The notes: generated by a model from the sequence alone, not told the origin. A stretch of 64,000 bases of DNA from an uncultured Chloroflexia bacterium (GCA_963712745.1 CAVQJC010000001.1:288001-352000), one strand, 5' to 3'; counted from the stretch's first letter, positions 1 to 10,859 are shown. Made by a program: numbers and translations.

Positions 1-388
1 TTCCGTTGACGTCGAAGTGTCCGTGGCCCACGAGCTGGCGGGCCTGGGCACGACTGCTGGCGAAGCCCATGCGGTACACGACGTTGTCGAGACGGGTCTC
101 GAGCAGTCGAAGCAGGTTCTCGCCGGTGACGCCGGGGCGCGAAGCAGCGGTGTCGTAGTACTTCTTGAACGGCCGCTCGTTGACCATGTAGACGCGGCGC
201 ACCTTCTGCTTCTCACGCAGCTGGATGCCGTAGTTGGACATCTTGCGCCGGCGGATGCCGTGCTGGCCGGGCGGGGTGCCACGACGTTCGAAGGGGCACT
301 TCTTGGTGTAGCACTTGCTGCCCTTGAGGTACAGCTTCATGCCTTCGCGACGGCAGAGACGGGAGACTGGTCCGCGGTATCGAGACAT
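1..388 (-). CDS. rpsD: 30S ribosomal protein S4 (3' end truncated by window edge)
   Basis: Manual translation from ATG at 388: [44 protein letters not shown]; follows rpsK; missing from the ORF track. Confidence 0.96.
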   Translation of the reverse strand, partial: MSRYRGPVSRLCRREGMKLYLKGSKCYTKKCPFERRGTPPGQHGIRRRKMSNYGIQLREKQKVRRVYMVNERPFKKYYDTAASRPGVTGENLLRLLETRLDNVVYRMGFASSRAQARQLVGHGHFDVNG

Positions 389-398
389 GGCGAACCTC

Positions 399-794
399 CT
401 AGACCCGGCGCCGCTTGGGCGCGCGGCAGCCGTTGTGCGGGAGGGGGGTCACGTCGGTGATGGCGCTGACCTCGAGGCCAGCAGCCTGGAGCGAACGGAT
501 AGCCTGCTCGCGACCCGAACCGGGGCCCTTCACGAAGACCTCGATCTGGCGCATGCCGTGCTCCATGGCCCGCTTGGCGGCACCATCGGCAGCCAGGGCG
601 GCGGCGTACGGGGTGGACTTTCGGGAGCCCTTGAAGCCGGCCGTGCCGGCGCTACCCCAAGCCACGACTGCACCACTGAGGTCCGTGATCGTCACGATCG
701 TGTTGTTGAAGGACGCCTGGATATGGACGTGCCCGGAGGGCACGTTCTTCTTCTCCTTGCGCCTGGACTTCGTGGCGCGCTTTCGTTCCGCCAT
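399..794 (-). CDS. rpsK: 30S ribosomal protein S11
   Basis: [28 protein letters not shown] and [13 protein letters not shown] motifs. Confidence 0.99.
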   Translation of the reverse strand: MAERKRATKSRRKEKKNVPSGHVHIQASFNNTIVTITDLSGAVVAWGSAGTAGFKGSRKSTPYAAALAADGAAKRAMEHGMRQIEVFVKGPGSGREQAIRSLQAAGLEVSAITDVTPLPHNGCRAPKRRRV

Positions 795-869
795 CGATCG
801 GGTGTCTCTCCTGCGTGTCGCCGGGCGGGCCTCCGGTTACTGGGACCGGGCCGCCGCTGCGTTCGGTGG

Positions 870-1241
870 TTACTTCTTGCGCCGGACGCCGACGGTCTTC
901 TTGGGACCGCGTCGCTGGCGTGCGTTTGTCTTGGTGCGCTGACCACGGACCGGCAGGTTGCGCCGGTGCCGCAGACCGCGATAGGAACCGATCTCGGTCA
1001 GCCGCTTGATATTCATGGCCGTCTCGCGGCGGAGGTCGCCCTCCACGGTGTAGCGGCGGTCGATGATGTCGCGCAGACGATTGACCTGCTCATCGGTGAG
1101 GTCGCGGACGCGGGTGTCCGCGTTCACGTTGGCCTGTGCGAGGACCTTCTGGCTGGTGGGCAGCCCGATCCCGTAGATGTACGTAAGCGCGATCTCCACC
1201 CGCTTCTCGCGGGGGATATCGATGCCGGCGATACGTGCCAC
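870..1241 (-). CDS. rpsM: 30S ribosomal protein S13
   Basis: [14 protein letters not shown]...[13 protein letters not shown]. Confidence 0.99.
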   Translation of the reverse strand: MARIAGIDIPREKRVEIALTYIYGIGLPTSQKVLAQANVNADTRVRDLTDEQVNRLRDIIDRRYTVEGDLRRETAMNIKRLTEIGSYRGLRHRRNLPVRGQRTKTNARQRRGPKKTVGVRRKK

Positions 1242-1249
1242 CGTTCCTC

Positions 1250-1363
1250 CTAGCCCTGGCGCTGCTTGTGCTTGGGGTTGGAGCAGATGATCATCACGCG
1301 CCCCTTCCGCCGGATCACCTTGCAGCGATCACAGCGCCTCTTAACCGATGCAGAGACCTTCAC
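1250..1363 (-). CDS. rpmJ: 50S ribosomal protein L36 (Zn-binding type)
   Basis: Manual translation [40 protein letters not shown] start, lies between infA and rpsM. Confidence 0.97.
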   Translation of the reverse strand: MKVSASVKRRCDRCKVIRRKGRVMIICSNPKHKQRQG

Positions 1364-1379
1364 GTCGTTCTCTCGCGTC

Positions 1380-1598
1380 CTACTTGAGTCGATAGGTGAT
1401 GCGGCCGCGGGAGAGGTCGTATGGCGACAGCTCGACGCGAACGCGATCGCCGGGGAGGATGCGGATGAAGTTCATGCGCAGCTTGCCGCTGATGTGCGCC
1501 AGCACCTGATGCTTGTCCTCGAGCTCGATCCGGAACATGGTGTTCGGCAACGGCTCGATGACCGTTCCTTCGACCTCGATTGCATCTCGCTTAGCCAC
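1380..1598 (-). CDS. infA: Translation initiation factor IF-1
   Basis: [10 protein letters not shown]...[20 protein letters not shown]. Confidence 0.99.
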   Translation of the reverse strand: MAKRDAIEVEGTVIEPLPNTMFRIELEDKHQVLAHISGKLRMNFIRILPGDRVRVELSPYDLSRGRITYRLK

Positions 1599-1758
1599 AG
1601 GCGACCGCTAGACCCCGACTACATTGTTGGATGGATGGGCCCGACGCCGGTCCCGACACGGTCGGCGGGGCGCCAGCAAGCGCCGGGATCGCCCCGGCGC
1701 GCGAAGGATGAGTGTATCAGAAGTCGAATAGTAGCGGCAAGCGGCATCAGGGGCGTGC

Positions 1759-2583
1759 TCATGCGCGCACCTCTGCGGGTACCGGCAGGCCTTCGACGAC
1801 CTCACCGGCGCCCAGCGTCAGGATGCGCGGCCCGTCGGCGGTGACAGCGATGGTGTGCTCCCAGTGGGCCGCCAGGCTGCCGTCGGCAGTGGCCACGGTC
1901 CAGCCATCGGGCTTCACCCGTGTCTCATGGGAGCCGATGGTGAACATGGGCTCGATGGCGATGCAGAGGCCGACCTCGACCTTGCGACCTTTGCGACCGG
2001 TGCGGTAGTTGGTGACCTGCGGCTCCTCGTGCATCTGGTTGCCGATGCCATGGCCGACGTAGCCGCGGACGATGCCGTAGCCAGCCGCGAGCCCGACGTC
2101 CTCGATGGCGGCCGCGATGTCTTCCAGAGTGGCACCGGGGATCGCTGCGCGGACCCCCGCCAGCAGGCCCGCGCGCGTGACGTCGCTGAGTCTGCGCGTC
2201 TCGTCGGGCACGTCAGCCATGAGGAAGGTGCGCGCGGAGTCGCCGTTCCAGCCATCGACCTCGGCACCACAATCGACTGAGACCATCATGCCCTCCTCGA
2301 TGATCCGCCCGTCGGGGACACCGTGGACGACCTCGTCGTCGAGGGAGACGCAGGTCGCGTGCTGGAAGGGTCCGAGCTGACCGGGGACACCGATGAAGTT
2401 GGGCGTCCCGCCCCCGTCGCGGATGACCTCGTCAGCGATGGCGTCGAGCTGCAAGGGTGTCAGGCCCGGGCGGATGGCCTCGGCCACCGCGTCGAGCGCG
2501 GCTGCGGTGAGGGCTCCGGCCACGGCCATCTTCTCGATCTGGGACCGAGACTTGAGAACCACGCGCCGACGGTCGAAGAGCAC
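1759..2583 (-). CDS. map: Methionine aminopeptidase type I
   Basis: CVSLDDEVVHGVP, DCG, GDSART, GHGIG..MHEEP, IEPM and HWEHT metal-site motifs; GTG start at 2583 chosen just after the adk stop. Confidence 0.95.
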   Translation of the reverse strand: MLFDRRRVVLKSRSQIEKMAVAGALTAAALDAVAEAIRPGLTPLQLDAIADEVIRDGGGTPNFIGVPGQLGPFQHATCVSLDDEVVHGVPDGRIIEEGMMVSVDCGAEVDGWNGDSARTFLMADVPDETRRLSDVTRAGLLAGVRAAIPGATLEDIAAAIEDVGLAAGYGIVRGYVGHGIGNQMHEEPQVTNYRTGRKGRKVEVGLCIAIEPMFTIGSHETRVKPDGWTVATADGSLAAHWEHTIAVTADGPRILTLGAGEVVEGLPVPAEVRA

Positions 2584-2584
2584 G

Positions 2585-3295
2585 CTAGGCGGAGTTCTTG
2601 GAGGCGACGACGCGGAGCAGCTCCGCGGTGACCTCTGCGGGCGGCTGGTCGCCGGGCACCGAGAAGAGGACATCGTTGTTGGCGTAGTAGTCGACGACCT
2701 CGAACATGGCGGGCAACTGCTTGTCCAGCCGCTCCTGCACGGTCTCGGTGCTGTCGTCCGGGCGCTGGTAGAGCTCGGCCCCGTCGATGTCGCAGATGCC
2801 GTCCTGCTGCGGCGGCAAGGCGACCACGTGGTAGACGTGCTGGTCGTCCTTGCTACAGATGCGCCGCCCGGTAAGTCGCGCCAGGAGCAGGCCCGTGGGG
2901 ACCTCGATGTAGGGCACGGCGCTGACGGCGAGGCCGGCCCTGTGAAGCATCCTGTCGAGGGCCTCGGCCTGGGCCACCGTGCGCGGGAAGCCGTCGAGGA
3001 TGACGCCCTTGGCGGCATCCTTCCAGCCAAGGCGGTCGTCGACCATGGCCACCACGATGTCGTCCGGCACCAGTTCGCCGGCCTCCATCAGGCCGCGGAT
3101 CTTCTGCGCCAGCGGCGTCTCGCTCTTGAGCATGGCCCGGAAGAGCTCGCCGGTAGAGACGTGCGGCAGGTCCAGCTCCTCGGCCAGGCGCTCGGCCTGG
3201 GTGCCTTTACCGGCTCCCGGGGCACCCAGCATCACGATGATGCGACGATCTCCCCCCGTACGAGCCGCTTGCGTTGCAGCAGCTTGCGATGTCAC
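2585..3295 (-). CDS. adk: Adenylate kinase
   Basis: GAPGAGKGTQ P-loop, LDGFPRT, LID region, QRPDD. Confidence 0.98.
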   Translation of the reverse strand: MTSQAAATQAARTGGDRRIIVMLGAPGAGKGTQAERLAEELDLPHVSTGELFRAMLKSETPLAQKIRGLMEAGELVPDDIVVAMVDDRLGWKDAAKGVILDGFPRTVAQAEALDRMLHRAGLAVSAVPYIEVPTGLLLARLTGRRICSKDDQHVYHVVALPPQQDGICDIDGAELYQRPDDSTETVQERLDKQLPAMFEVVDYYANNDVLFSVPGDQPPAEVTAELLRVVASKNSA

Positions 3296-4578
3296 CTGAT
3301 GAATCCCTCATAGTTGCGCATCATCAGCTGCGCCTCGAGCTGCTTCATCGTCTCCACCACGACCGAGACGACGATCAGCAATGCCGTGCCGCCCAGACTG
3401 AAGGAACCGACGACGCTGCCCGCGAAGAGCGCACCGACGATGATGGGACTGACCGCGACGGTGCCGAGGAAGAGAGCGCCGGCGAGGCTGATACGGAAGA
3501 CCACCTTGGCCAGGTAGTCACGCGTCGGCGCACCCGGTCGGATGCCCGGGATGAAACCACCGTTCTTGCGAAGCTGGTCGGCCGTCTCATCGGGCTTGAA
3601 CGTGAACGCCGTGTAGAAGTACGTGAATCCGACGACCAGCAGGAAGAACACGATCGCGTAGAGCGGACTGCCCTGGCTGAGCCAGTCGATGACGATGTTG
3701 GCAGCATCCTCGATGACGCCACCCGAAGCGCTGAAGTAGGTCGCCATCTGCACCGGGAAGAGCAGGATGCTCACAGCGAAGATGATGGGGATGACGCCGG
3801 CCTGGTTGACGCGCAACGGCAGGAACGTGGCGCCACCCTGGTACATGCGCCGGCCGCGGACGCGGCTGGCGTATTGGATGGGGATGCGGCGCTGGCCTTC
3901 CTGGATGTAGACGATGGTGGCCACCGCGGCGATGGCCAGCAGGCCGAACGCCAGTCCGGCGGCAAGGTCCGGCGAGGTGAGGAACGTGTTCACCGCCCCT
4001 GGCAGGCCGGCCACGATACCGGCGAAGATGATGAAGCTGATGCCGTTGCCGATACCGCGCTCGCTGATGAGCTCACCGATCCACATCACGAGGATGGTGC
4101 CCGCGGTCAGAGTGATGATCTGGGTCAGCGTGGTGAAGCTGGTCAGGTTGAAGTCCTGGACCACGCCGTACTGACCTGACGACAGCAGCGCCAGGTAGCC
4201 GTACGACTGCAGGATGGCCAGCGGCACCGTCAGGTAGCGCGTGTAGGAGTTGATCTTGCTGCGGCCGTACTCGCCCTCGCGGGAGAGCTGCTGCAGACGG
4301 GGCACGACGCCCGTCATCAGCTGCATGATGATCGACGCGTTGATGTAGGGGTTCACGCCCAACGCGATGATGGAGAAGTTCTGCAGGCCACCTCCGGAGA
4401 AGAGGTTCAGCATCTGCAGGAAGCTGTTCTCGCCGATTACCCCTTCCAGCGCATCGCGGTCGATGCCGGGCACGGGTACGTGCGCCAGCATCCGCACGAT
4501 GACGAGCATCCCCAGGATGAAGAGGATGCGCTTGCGGATGTCGGGCGCACGGAACGCATTGACGAGGGCCTCGAACAC
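3292..4578 (-). CDS. secY: Preprotein translocase subunit SecY
   Basis: About 10 TM segments; LGVNPYINASII, GIGNGISFII, GFIPGIRPG, GGTALLIVV. Confidence 0.99.
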   Translation of the reverse strand: MFEALVNAFRAPDIRKRILFILGMLVIVRMLAHVPVPGIDRDALEGVIGENSFLQMLNLFSGGGLQNFSIIALGVNPYINASIIMQLMTGVVPRLQQLSREGEYGRSKINSYTRYLTVPLAILQSYGYLALLSSGQYGVVQDFNLTSFTTLTQIITLTAGTILVMWIGELISERGIGNGISFIIFAGIVAGLPGAVNTFLTSPDLAAGLAFGLLAIAAVATIVYIQEGQRRIPIQYASRVRGRRMYQGGATFLPLRVNQAGVIPIIFAVSILLFPVQMATYFSASGGVIEDAANIVIDWLSQGSPLYAIVFFLLVVGFTYFYTAFTFKPDETADQLRKNGGFIPGIRPGAPTRDYLAKVVFRISLAGALFLGTVAVSPIIVGALFAGSVVGSFSLGGTALLIVVSVVVETMKQLEAQLMMRNYEGFIR

Positions 4579-4581
4579 GGC

Positions 4582-5262
4582 TTACTCGGCAGCCTTCTCG
4601 TCGGAGGTCTCAGCCTCGGCCGCGGGCGCCTCGTCGGCCGCGGGAGCATCCTCGGGGGGCGCCTCGGCCGGCTCGGGGGTAGCCTCCGGGGCCGCCTCGG
4701 CAGCCGGCGCGGGGTCGGTCTCGGGCGTAGGCGCGTCGGCCGGGGTCTCGTCGGGCGTGGCCTCGGGTTCCGCTGCGGGCTCGGGAGCGAGCACCTGCAC
4801 ATAGCCGCCGGCCCCCTCGATCTTCGACTTGGCTGAGGCCGTGAAGGCATCAGCGGCCACGAAGACCTTGACCTCGAGGTCGCCGGAGCCGAGCACCTTG
4901 AGCGGGCGGTCGGCATGGCTGATGAGGCCCGCCGAGGCCAGGACCTCGGCGTTGACGGTGATGGGCTCCGAGCCGGCGTCGGTGCCGAAGCGACCGGCGG
5001 CGGCATACTCGGAGATGCGGCCGACGTTGACGACCTGGTACTCGATGCGGTTGACGGGCTTGAACCCACGCAGCTTGGGCACCCGCACGTGGATGGGCGT
5101 CTGGCCGCCTTCGAACCAGCCGGGGATGCTGGCACCGGAGCGCGACTTCTGGCCCTTGGTGCCGCGACCCGCGGTCTTGCCCTTGCCGGCAGCGATACCG
5201 CGGCCGACCCTAATGCGCCGCTTGGTGGAGCCGGGCGCGGGCTTCAGATCATGGAGCTTCAC
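4582..5262 (-). CDS. rplO: 50S ribosomal protein L15 with acidic C-terminal extension
   Basis: RVGRGIAAGKGKTAGRGTKGQKSR, FEGGQTP. Confidence 0.98.
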   Translation of the reverse strand: MKLHDLKPAPGSTKRRIRVGRGIAAGKGKTAGRGTKGQKSRSGASIPGWFEGGQTPIHVRVPKLRGFKPVNRIEYQVVNVGRISEYAAAGRFGTDAGSEPITVNAEVLASAGLISHADRPLKVLGSGDLEVKVFVAADAFTASAKSKIEGAGGYVQVLAPEPAAEPEATPDETPADAPTPETDPAPAAEAAPEATPEPAEAPPEDAPAADEAPAAEAETSDEKAAE

Positions 5263-5495
5263 GCCTCAGCCTCTTCCTTCTTCTTGGATGCGGCCTTCTT
5301 CCTGGCGGGTGCGGCGACCTCCTCGCAGTGGACGAGGTAGCGCACGGCGCGGACCTGGCCGCGCACCGCAGGATCGTCAGGCAGTTCGACCGTCTGACCG
5401 ATACGACGCAGGCCCAGGGCACGGACAGTGCCGCGCGCGCTGGGATTCGTACCCACGGTCGACTTCTTGAGCGTGACGAGCAGCTTACTGGCCAT
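5259..5495 (-). CDS. rpmD: 50S ribosomal protein L30
   Basis: [23 protein letters not shown]; lies between rpsE and rplO. Confidence 0.96.
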   Translation of the reverse strand: MASKLLVTLKKSTVGTNPSARGTVRALGLRRIGQTVELPDDPAVRGQVRAVRYLVHCEEVAAPARKKAASKKKEEAEA

Positions 5496-6042
5496 CGACG
5501 AGCTCCCCGCTCATCACGGCCTCGCCTTCGGGTGCCGGCTGGCCGGGGATGACGCTGCGCAGCTTCTTGCCACGCCACTCGGAGAGCTCGGCCGCGGAGC
5601 GCATGTTGCGCAGCCCCTCGAGCGTGGCCCGGGTGACGTTGACGGGATTGTTGCTGCCCAGCGACTTGGACAGGATGTCGCGGATGCCGGCCGCTTCCAC
5701 GACGGCACGCACCGAGGCACCGGCGATGACGCCCGTGCCCTGCGAGGCCGGCTTGAGCATGACGGTGCTGGCACCGTACTGCTGGCGGACCTCATGGGGC
5801 ACGGTCGTGCCCACCATCGGCACCTTGACGAGGTTCTTCTTGGCGTCCTCCACACCCTTGCGGATGGACTCCGGCACCTCGCCGGCCTTGCCCAGACCGA
5901 CACCGACGTGGCCTGCGCCGTCACCGACGACGACCACGGCGCTGAAGCTGAAGCGGCGACCACCCTTGACCACCTTGGCCACGCGGTTGATCTGGACGAC
6001 GCGCTCCTCGAGCGTGAGCTTGGTAGGATCGATCCGAGCCAT
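5485..6042 (-). CDS. rpsE: 30S ribosomal protein S5
   Basis: [23 protein letters not shown]. Confidence 0.99.
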   Translation of the reverse strand: MARIDPTKLTLEERVVQINRVAKVVKGGRRFSFSAVVVVGDGAGHVGVGLGKAGEVPESIRKGVEDAKKNLVKVPMVGTTVPHEVRQQYGASTVMLKPASQGTGVIAGASVRAVVEAAGIRDILSKSLGSNNPVNVTRATLEGLRNMRSAAELSEWRGKKLRSVIPGQPAPEGEAVMSGELVDGQ

Positions 6043-6050
6043 GGGCCCTC

Positions 6051-6413
6051 CTAGAACTCCAGGCCGGACTCACGAGCGCCCTCGGCGAGCGCACGGATCC
6101 GTCCGTGGTACTTGAACCCGGCGCGGTCGAACACGACGCGCTCGACACCAGCGGCCTTGGCGCGGTCCCCGATGAGGGACCCCACCTGCTTGGCGCGCTC
6201 GGTCTTCGTGCCACCGGCTCCATGCACGCCCGACTCCATGGAGGAGGCGGAGGCAAGGGTATACCCGGTGGAATCATCGATGACCTGGGCATAGATCTGG
6301 TTGATGCTCCGGAAGACCGCCAGGCGCGGTCGCTCACTCGACCCCGCCACGCGTAGGCGGAGCCGCGAGTGACGCTTCTGACGTGCGGCGGAGCGGCTTC
6401 GTGCCGTTGGCAT
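6051..6413 (-). CDS. rplR: 50S ribosomal protein L18
   Basis: [17 protein letters not shown]; [13 protein letters not shown]. Confidence 0.99.
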   Translation of the reverse strand: MPTARSRSAARQKRHSRLRLRVAGSSERPRLAVFRSINQIYAQVIDDSTGYTLASASSMESGVHGAGGTKTERAKQVGSLIGDRAKAAGVERVVFDRAGFKYHGRIRALAEGARESGLEF

Positions 6414-6497
6414 CGCGGTCGTCGATCTCCTGCTAGCGGCCGGGGCGCCCGACGGGCGCCGCGACCAGGGTTGCTCTCGTTAGCTGGTCGGGGGTGC

Positions 6498-7046
6498 CTA
6501 GGCGCCGCCGATCTTGCCGGCCTTGCCGGCCTTGCGACGCACGACCTCGCCCGCGTAGCGGACACCCTTGCCCTTGTAGGGCTCGGGCTTGCGAGTGGCG
6601 CGCACCTGCGCGGCGATCTGCCCAACCAGCTCCTTGTCGATGCCGGTCACGGCGACCTTGGTGGGGTTCTCCACCGCGAAGGCGATACCCTCGGGCGGAT
6701 CGATCTCGATGGGGTGGCTGTAGCCCAGGTTGAGCTGCAGCTTCTTGCCCACGAGCTGGGCGCGGTAGCCGACGCCCTGGATCTCGAGGTTGCGGGTGTA
6801 GCCCTCGGTGACGCCCACGACCATGTTGTTGATGAGGGTGCGGGTCAGGCCGTGTAGCTCGCGGGAGCGCTTTTCCTCGTTGGGACGCTCGACGCGCAGC
6901 TGGCCGTCCTCGGAGAGGACCTTCAGCACGGGCGTGATGTCACGCTCCAGCTGGCCCTTGGGGCCCTTGACCTTGATATGGTTGCCAGCGACGTCGACAT
7001 CGACGCCGGAGGGGATGGGGATGGGCAGCTTGCCGACTCGGGACAT
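6498..7046 (-). CDS. rplF: 50S ribosomal protein L6
   Basis: MSRVGKLPI; [13 protein letters not shown]. Confidence 0.99.
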   Translation of the reverse strand: MSRVGKLPIPIPSGVDVDVAGNHIKVKGPKGQLERDITPVLKVLSEDGQLRVERPNEEKRSRELHGLTRTLINNMVVGVTEGYTRNLEIQGVGYRAQLVGKKLQLNLGYSHPIEIDPPEGIAFAVENPTKVAVTGIDKELVGQIAAQVRATRKPEPYKGKGVRYAGEVVRRKAGKAGKIGGA

Positions 7047-7055
7047 CAGTACCGC

Positions 7056-7451
7056 CTACCAGACATAGGCCAGGACCTCGCCGCCGAGCTGGCTCCTGCG
7101 AGCCTGCGCGCCGGTCATGATGCCCTGACTGGTGCTGACGATGACGACGCCGAGCCCGCCCAGCACGCGCGGGATCTCGGTCTTTGATGCATAGACCCGC
7201 AGGCCTGGCTTGCTGATGCGCTTGAGCCCACTGACCACCGGCACCTTGCCCACGTACTTGAGCTTGATGGTGATGTCCTTGCGCGGGCCTGCCTGGGCCT
7301 CGGAGAAGTCTTCGATGAAGCCCTCAGCCTTGAGGATCTCGGCGATGGCCAGCTTGGTCTTGGACGCCGGCATCGAGACATCCGTGTGGCGCGCCCGGCT
7401 GGCGTTGCGGATGCGGGTGAGCATGTCGGCGATGGGATCGGAGATATTCAT
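7056..7451 (-). CDS. rpsH: 30S ribosomal protein S8
   Basis: [13 protein letters not shown]; [10 protein letters not shown]; start trimmed to ATG at 7451. Confidence 0.98.
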   Translation of the reverse strand: MNISDPIADMLTRIRNASRARHTDVSMPASKTKLAIAEILKAEGFIEDFSEAQAGPRKDITIKLKYVGKVPVVSGLKRISKPGLRVYASKTEIPRVLGGLGVVIVSTSQGIMTGAQARRSQLGGEVLAYVW

Positions 7452-7455
7452 GTGC

Positions 7456-7641
7456 CTACCAACTCGACTTGGTGACGCCCGGCAGTTCGCCCAGCAGGGC
7501 ACGCTCCCGGAAGCAGATGCGGCAGAGCCCGAAACGACGCATGTATGCACGCGAGCGTCCGCAGACGAAACAGCGGTGGTAGGAGCGCACCGGGAAGCGC
7601 GGCTTGCGCTTCGCCTTGGCGATCATCGACTTCTTGGCCAT
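7456..7641 (-). CDS. rpsN: 30S ribosomal protein S14, short Zn-binding (type Z)
   Basis: 61 aa with CFVC and CRIC Zn ligands, [11 protein letters not shown]. Confidence 0.98.
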   Translation of the reverse strand: MAKKSMIAKAKRKPRFPVRSYHRCFVCGRSRAYMRRFGLCRICFRERALLGELPGVTKSSW

Positions 7642-7652
7642 ACGGTCGCTCC

Positions 7653-8195
7653 TTAGTTCTCGAAGGGCATGCCGAGGAGAGCCAGCAGGCGCTGACCTTC
7701 CTCGTCGGTCTTGGCTGTGGTCACGACCGTCATCTCGAGACCCCGAAGGCGGTCGATCTTGTCGTAGTCGATCTCCGGGAACGCGAGCTGCTCACGCAGG
7801 CCCAGCGAGAAGTTGCCGCGACCGTCGAACGACTTGGTGGGCACGCCCCGGAAGTCCCGGATGCGGGGCAGGGCGAGTCGTGTCAGGCGCTCGAGGAAAT
7901 CCCACATGCGCTGGCCCCGCAGGGTGACCTTCACGCCGATGGTGTTGCCTTCGCGGATCTTGAACTGGGCGATCGACCGCTTGGCCTTGGTGATCACCGG
8001 CTTCTGGCCGGTGATGGTGGCCATGTCGGCCACGGCAGCCTCGACGGCCTTGGAGTTGGTCAGCGCTTCACCCAGGCCGATGTTGACGGTGATCTTGGTG
8101 AGGCGAGGCACCTCCATGGGGTTCTGGTACTCGAACTCCTTGACGAGCGCCGCGATGACCTCTTCCTCGTAGCGCTGGCGCAGTCCGCTACTCAC
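7653..8195 (-). CDS. rplE: 50S ribosomal protein L5
   Basis: [10 protein letters not shown]; [10 protein letters not shown]. Confidence 0.99.
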   Translation of the reverse strand: MSSGLRQRYEEEVIAALVKEFEYQNPMEVPRLTKITVNIGLGEALTNSKAVEAAVADMATITGQKPVITKAKRSIAQFKIREGNTIGVKVTLRGQRMWDFLERLTRLALPRIRDFRGVPTKSFDGRGNFSLGLREQLAFPEIDYDKIDRLRGLEMTVVTTAKTDEEGQRLLALLGMPFEN

Positions 8196-8656
8196 TAGTT
8201 GGCCTCCGTTCGGGTCACGGACTCGCCGCAGTGAGTGCAGATGCGGATGCTGCGGCCGTCGCCGGAGCGCTCGTGGCGCAGACGGGTCGGGCGCGAGCAG
8301 CGCGGACAGACGAGCATGACGTTGCTGATCGAGATGGGCTGGGGGATGTCCAGGATGCCGCCCTGCTGGATACGGGGCTGGCGCTCGGTCCGGCCCGCCA
8401 CCTGCCGCGGCTTGGTGTGCCGCTTGGCGATGTTGAGACCCTCGATGACCACGGCCGCGCCGGACAGCGGTGCCTTGTCCTGCCAGCCTGAGCCGAAACG
8501 CTCGGTCGAGCGGGCCCAGCCCTGCTGGTGGCGCAGCACCTTCTGGATGACACCACGCTTGCCGGCGTCCTTGCCCTTGAGCACGACCACCTCGTCACCG
8601 GAACGGAGGTCCGGGACGCGGGTATGGCGGCGGGGCTTGACGGAAGGGGCCATCAC
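8195..8656 (-). CDS. rplX: 50S ribosomal protein L24 with internal insertion
   Basis: [19 protein letters not shown] motif; [12 protein letters not shown]; [10 protein letters not shown]. Confidence 0.96.
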   Translation of the reverse strand: MMAPSVKPRRHTRVPDLRSGDEVVVLKGKDAGKRGVIQKVLRHQQGWARSTERFGSGWQDKAPLSGAAVVIEGLNIAKRHTKPRQVAGRTERQPRIQQGGILDIPQPISISNVMLVCPRCSRPTRLRHERSGDGRSIRICTHCGESVTRTEAN

Positions 8657-9021
8657 AGCACCTCCGGCGCGAGCGAGATGATCTTCATGTAGTTGTGGTC
8701 GCGGAGCTCGCGCGCCACCGGGCCGAAGATGCGCGTGCCGCGCGGGTTGCCGTTGTTGTCGATGAGCACAGCCGCGTTCTCGTCGAAACGGATGTAGCTC
8801 CCGTCCGGGCGCCCGTATTCCTTGGCCGTGCGCACGATGACAGCCTTGACGATGTCACCCTTCTTGACCGCGGCGTTGGGGATGGCCTGCTTGACGGAAC
8901 CGACGATGACGTCTCCGACCCCGGCCGTAGGCTTCTGCGAGCGGCCCAGGATGCGGATGCACTCGACCGAGCGGGCACCGGTGTTGTCGGCCACCCGCAG
9001 GCGGCTGCTGGGCTGGATCAT
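8653..9021 (-). CDS. rplN: 50S ribosomal protein L14
   Basis: VADNTGA; IRFDENAAV; [12 protein letters not shown]. Confidence 0.99.
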   Translation of the reverse strand: MIQPSSRLRVADNTGARSVECIRILGRSQKPTAGVGDVIVGSVKQAIPNAAVKKGDIVKAVIVRTAKEYGRPDGSYIRFDENAAVLIDNNGNPRGTRIFGPVARELRDHNYMKIISLAPEVL

Positions 9022-9533
9022 GCGGAAGCCTCCTCGCCCTCGGGCGCCTCAGCGCTCCCCTCGGCTGGCGCCTCAGCGCTCTCCTCGGCTGGCGCCTCAG
9101 CGCTCTCCTCGGCTGGCGCCTCAGCGGCGGGCGAGGCCGCGGTCGCGACCGCGGCCTCGGTGGCGGTATCCGACTCGGTCTTGGCCCGGCCCGGGTGGGC
9201 GGCCATGTGGATGGCCTCGGCCGTCTCGGCCTCCTCGGAGACGATGGCCTCACCAGCGCCCAGGCCGGCCTTGGCTACGATCTCGGCGAGGCGCCAGCGC
9301 TTGGTGGCGGAGAGGGGGCGGGCCTCCTCGATGCGCACGGTATCGCCGACGTGGGCCTCGTTGCGCTCATCATGCGCCTTGAACTTGGTGGTCAGGCGGA
9401 TGACGCGCTTGTAGATGCGGTGGCGGGCAAGACGCTCGACGGAAACGACGATGGTCTTGTCCATCTTGTCGGAAACGACGCGGCCGACCTTGGCCTTGCG
9501 CTTTCCGCGCTGAGGTTCAGTGGCGGCGCTCAT
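9018..9533 (-). CDS. rpsQ: 30S ribosomal protein S17 with acidic C-terminal extension
   Basis: [14 protein letters not shown]; KAHDERN; [11 protein letters not shown]. Confidence 0.98.
   Translation of the reverse strand: MSAATEPQRGKRKAKVGRVVSDKMDKTIVVSVERLARHRIYKRVIRLTTKFKAHDERNEAHVGDTVRIEEARPLSATKRWRLAEIVAKAGLGAGEAIVSEEAETAEAIHMAAHPGRAKTESDTATEAAVATAASPAAEAPAEESAEAPAEESAEAPAEGSAEAPEGEEASA
9045..9126 (-). repeat. 24-bp coding tandem repeat (AEAPAEES, about 3 copies) in the rpsQ tail
   Basis: ggctggcgcctcagcgctctcctc units visible on the + strand. Confidence 0.85.
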
Positions 9534-9770
9534 CTATTCTCCTCCAGCAGCCGCGCCCGGGCCGCCTTCTGCGCCGTCGCCGAGCTTGCGCTCGGTCTGG
9601 ACGGTCAGCAGTCGGGCGATATCCTTGCGCGTCTGCGAGATCTGGCTGTAATCGGTCAGCTGGCGCGTGGCCAGCTGGAAACGCAGGTCGTAGAGATGGC
9701 GCCGTGCGGACTCCAGCTCCTCGGTAAGCTCCTGCTGCGAGAGGCTGCGGGCCTTAGCGATCTCCATCAT
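9534..9770 (-). CDS. rpmC: 50S ribosomal protein L29
   Basis: [10 protein letters not shown]...[10 protein letters not shown]; start trimmed to ATG at 9770. Confidence 0.95.
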   Translation of the reverse strand: MMEIAKARSLSQQELTEELESARRHLYDLRFQLATRQLTDYSQISQTRKDIARLLTVQTERKLGDGAEGGPGAAAGGE

Positions 9771-10182
9771 GGACCCCCTCCCTGACCAGGACCTTGACGC
9801 TGGTGGGCAGCTTGTGGCTGGCCAGGCGCATGGCTTCGACGGCGTCGTCGTGGGGGACGCCGGCCATCTCGAACAGGATGCGGCCAGGCTTGACGACGGC
9901 GACCCAGTGGTCGGCGGCACCCTTGCCCTTGCCCATGCGCACCTCGGCCGGCTTCTTGGTGACCGGCTTGTCGGGGAAGATGCGGATCCAGATCTTGCCG
10001 CCACGGCGGACGTAGCGGGTCATGGCACGACGAGCGGCCTCGATCTGGCGGCTGGTGATATAGCCGGGCTCCTCGGTCATCAGCGCATAGTCGCCGAAGG
10101 CGATGGTCGAACCACCCTTGGCGATGCCGCTCATGCGGCCACGCTGCTGCTTGCGGTGCTTGACGCGACGGGGCATCAACAT
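9754..10182 (-). CDS. rplP: 50S ribosomal protein L16
   Basis: [12 protein letters not shown]; [13 protein letters not shown]. Confidence 0.99.
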   Translation of the reverse strand: MLMPRRVKHRKQQRGRMSGIAKGGSTIAFGDYALMTEEPGYITSRQIEAARRAMTRYVRRGGKIWIRIFPDKPVTKKPAEVRMGKGKGAADHWVAVVKPGRILFEMAGVPHDDAVEAMRLASHKLPTSVKVLVREGVHDGDR

Positions 10183-10185
10183 GGT

Positions 10186-10857
10186 CTAGGCCCCTCCCCC
10201 GGCCGCGACGGCCTCGTTCGGCGCAGTCTTCTCGGGGATGATGTCGCCGCGGTAGATCCAGACCTTGACGCCGATGGCGCCGTAGGTGGTGCGCGAGAGG
10301 ACCTGGCCGTAGCTGATGTCAGCGCGCAGCGTGCCCAGCGGGATACGGCCTTCCTTGTCCCACTCGCGGCGGGCCATCTCGGAACCGCCGAGGCGACCGG
10401 AGACCTGGACCTTCACGCCCTTGGCGCCGGCCTTCATGGTGCGCTGGATGGACTGCTTGATGGCCTTGCGGAAGGCGATGCGGCGGGTGAGCTGCTGGGC
10501 GATGTTGGTCGCCACCAGCACGCCGTCGAGCTCCGGCTGGCGGATCTCGCGGATCTCCAGCTTGACCTTGCGGTCGGTGAGCTTGCCCACGGCCTGGCGC
10601 AGCAATTCCACGTTGGCCCCGCCCTTGCCGATGACGATGCCCGGCTTGGCGGTGTGGACCGTCACGGTCACGTGGTTGATGCCTCGCTCGATCTCGACCA
10701 GCGAGACGCTGGCGTTGGCCAGTCGCTTCTGCACGAGCGTACGGATGGAGATGTCCTCACGCAGCAGGTCGGTGTATTCCTTGTCCGAATACCACTTGGC
10801 GTTCCAGGTGCGCGAGACGCCCAGCCGGAAGCCGTTGGGGTGGACCTTGTGTCCCAT
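10186..10857 (-). CDS. rpsC: 30S ribosomal protein S3
   Basis: [13 protein letters not shown]; [12 protein letters not shown]. Confidence 0.99.
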   Translation of the reverse strand: MGHKVHPNGFRLGVSRTWNAKWYSDKEYTDLLREDISIRTLVQKRLANASVSLVEIERGINHVTVTVHTAKPGIVIGKGGANVELLRQAVGKLTDRKVKLEIREIRQPELDGVLVATNIAQQLTRRIAFRKAIKQSIQRTMKAGAKGVKVQVSGRLGGSEMARREWDKEGRIPLGTLRADISYGQVLSRTTYGAIGVKVWIYRGDIIPEKTAPNEAVAAGGGA

Positions 10858-10859
10858 GC

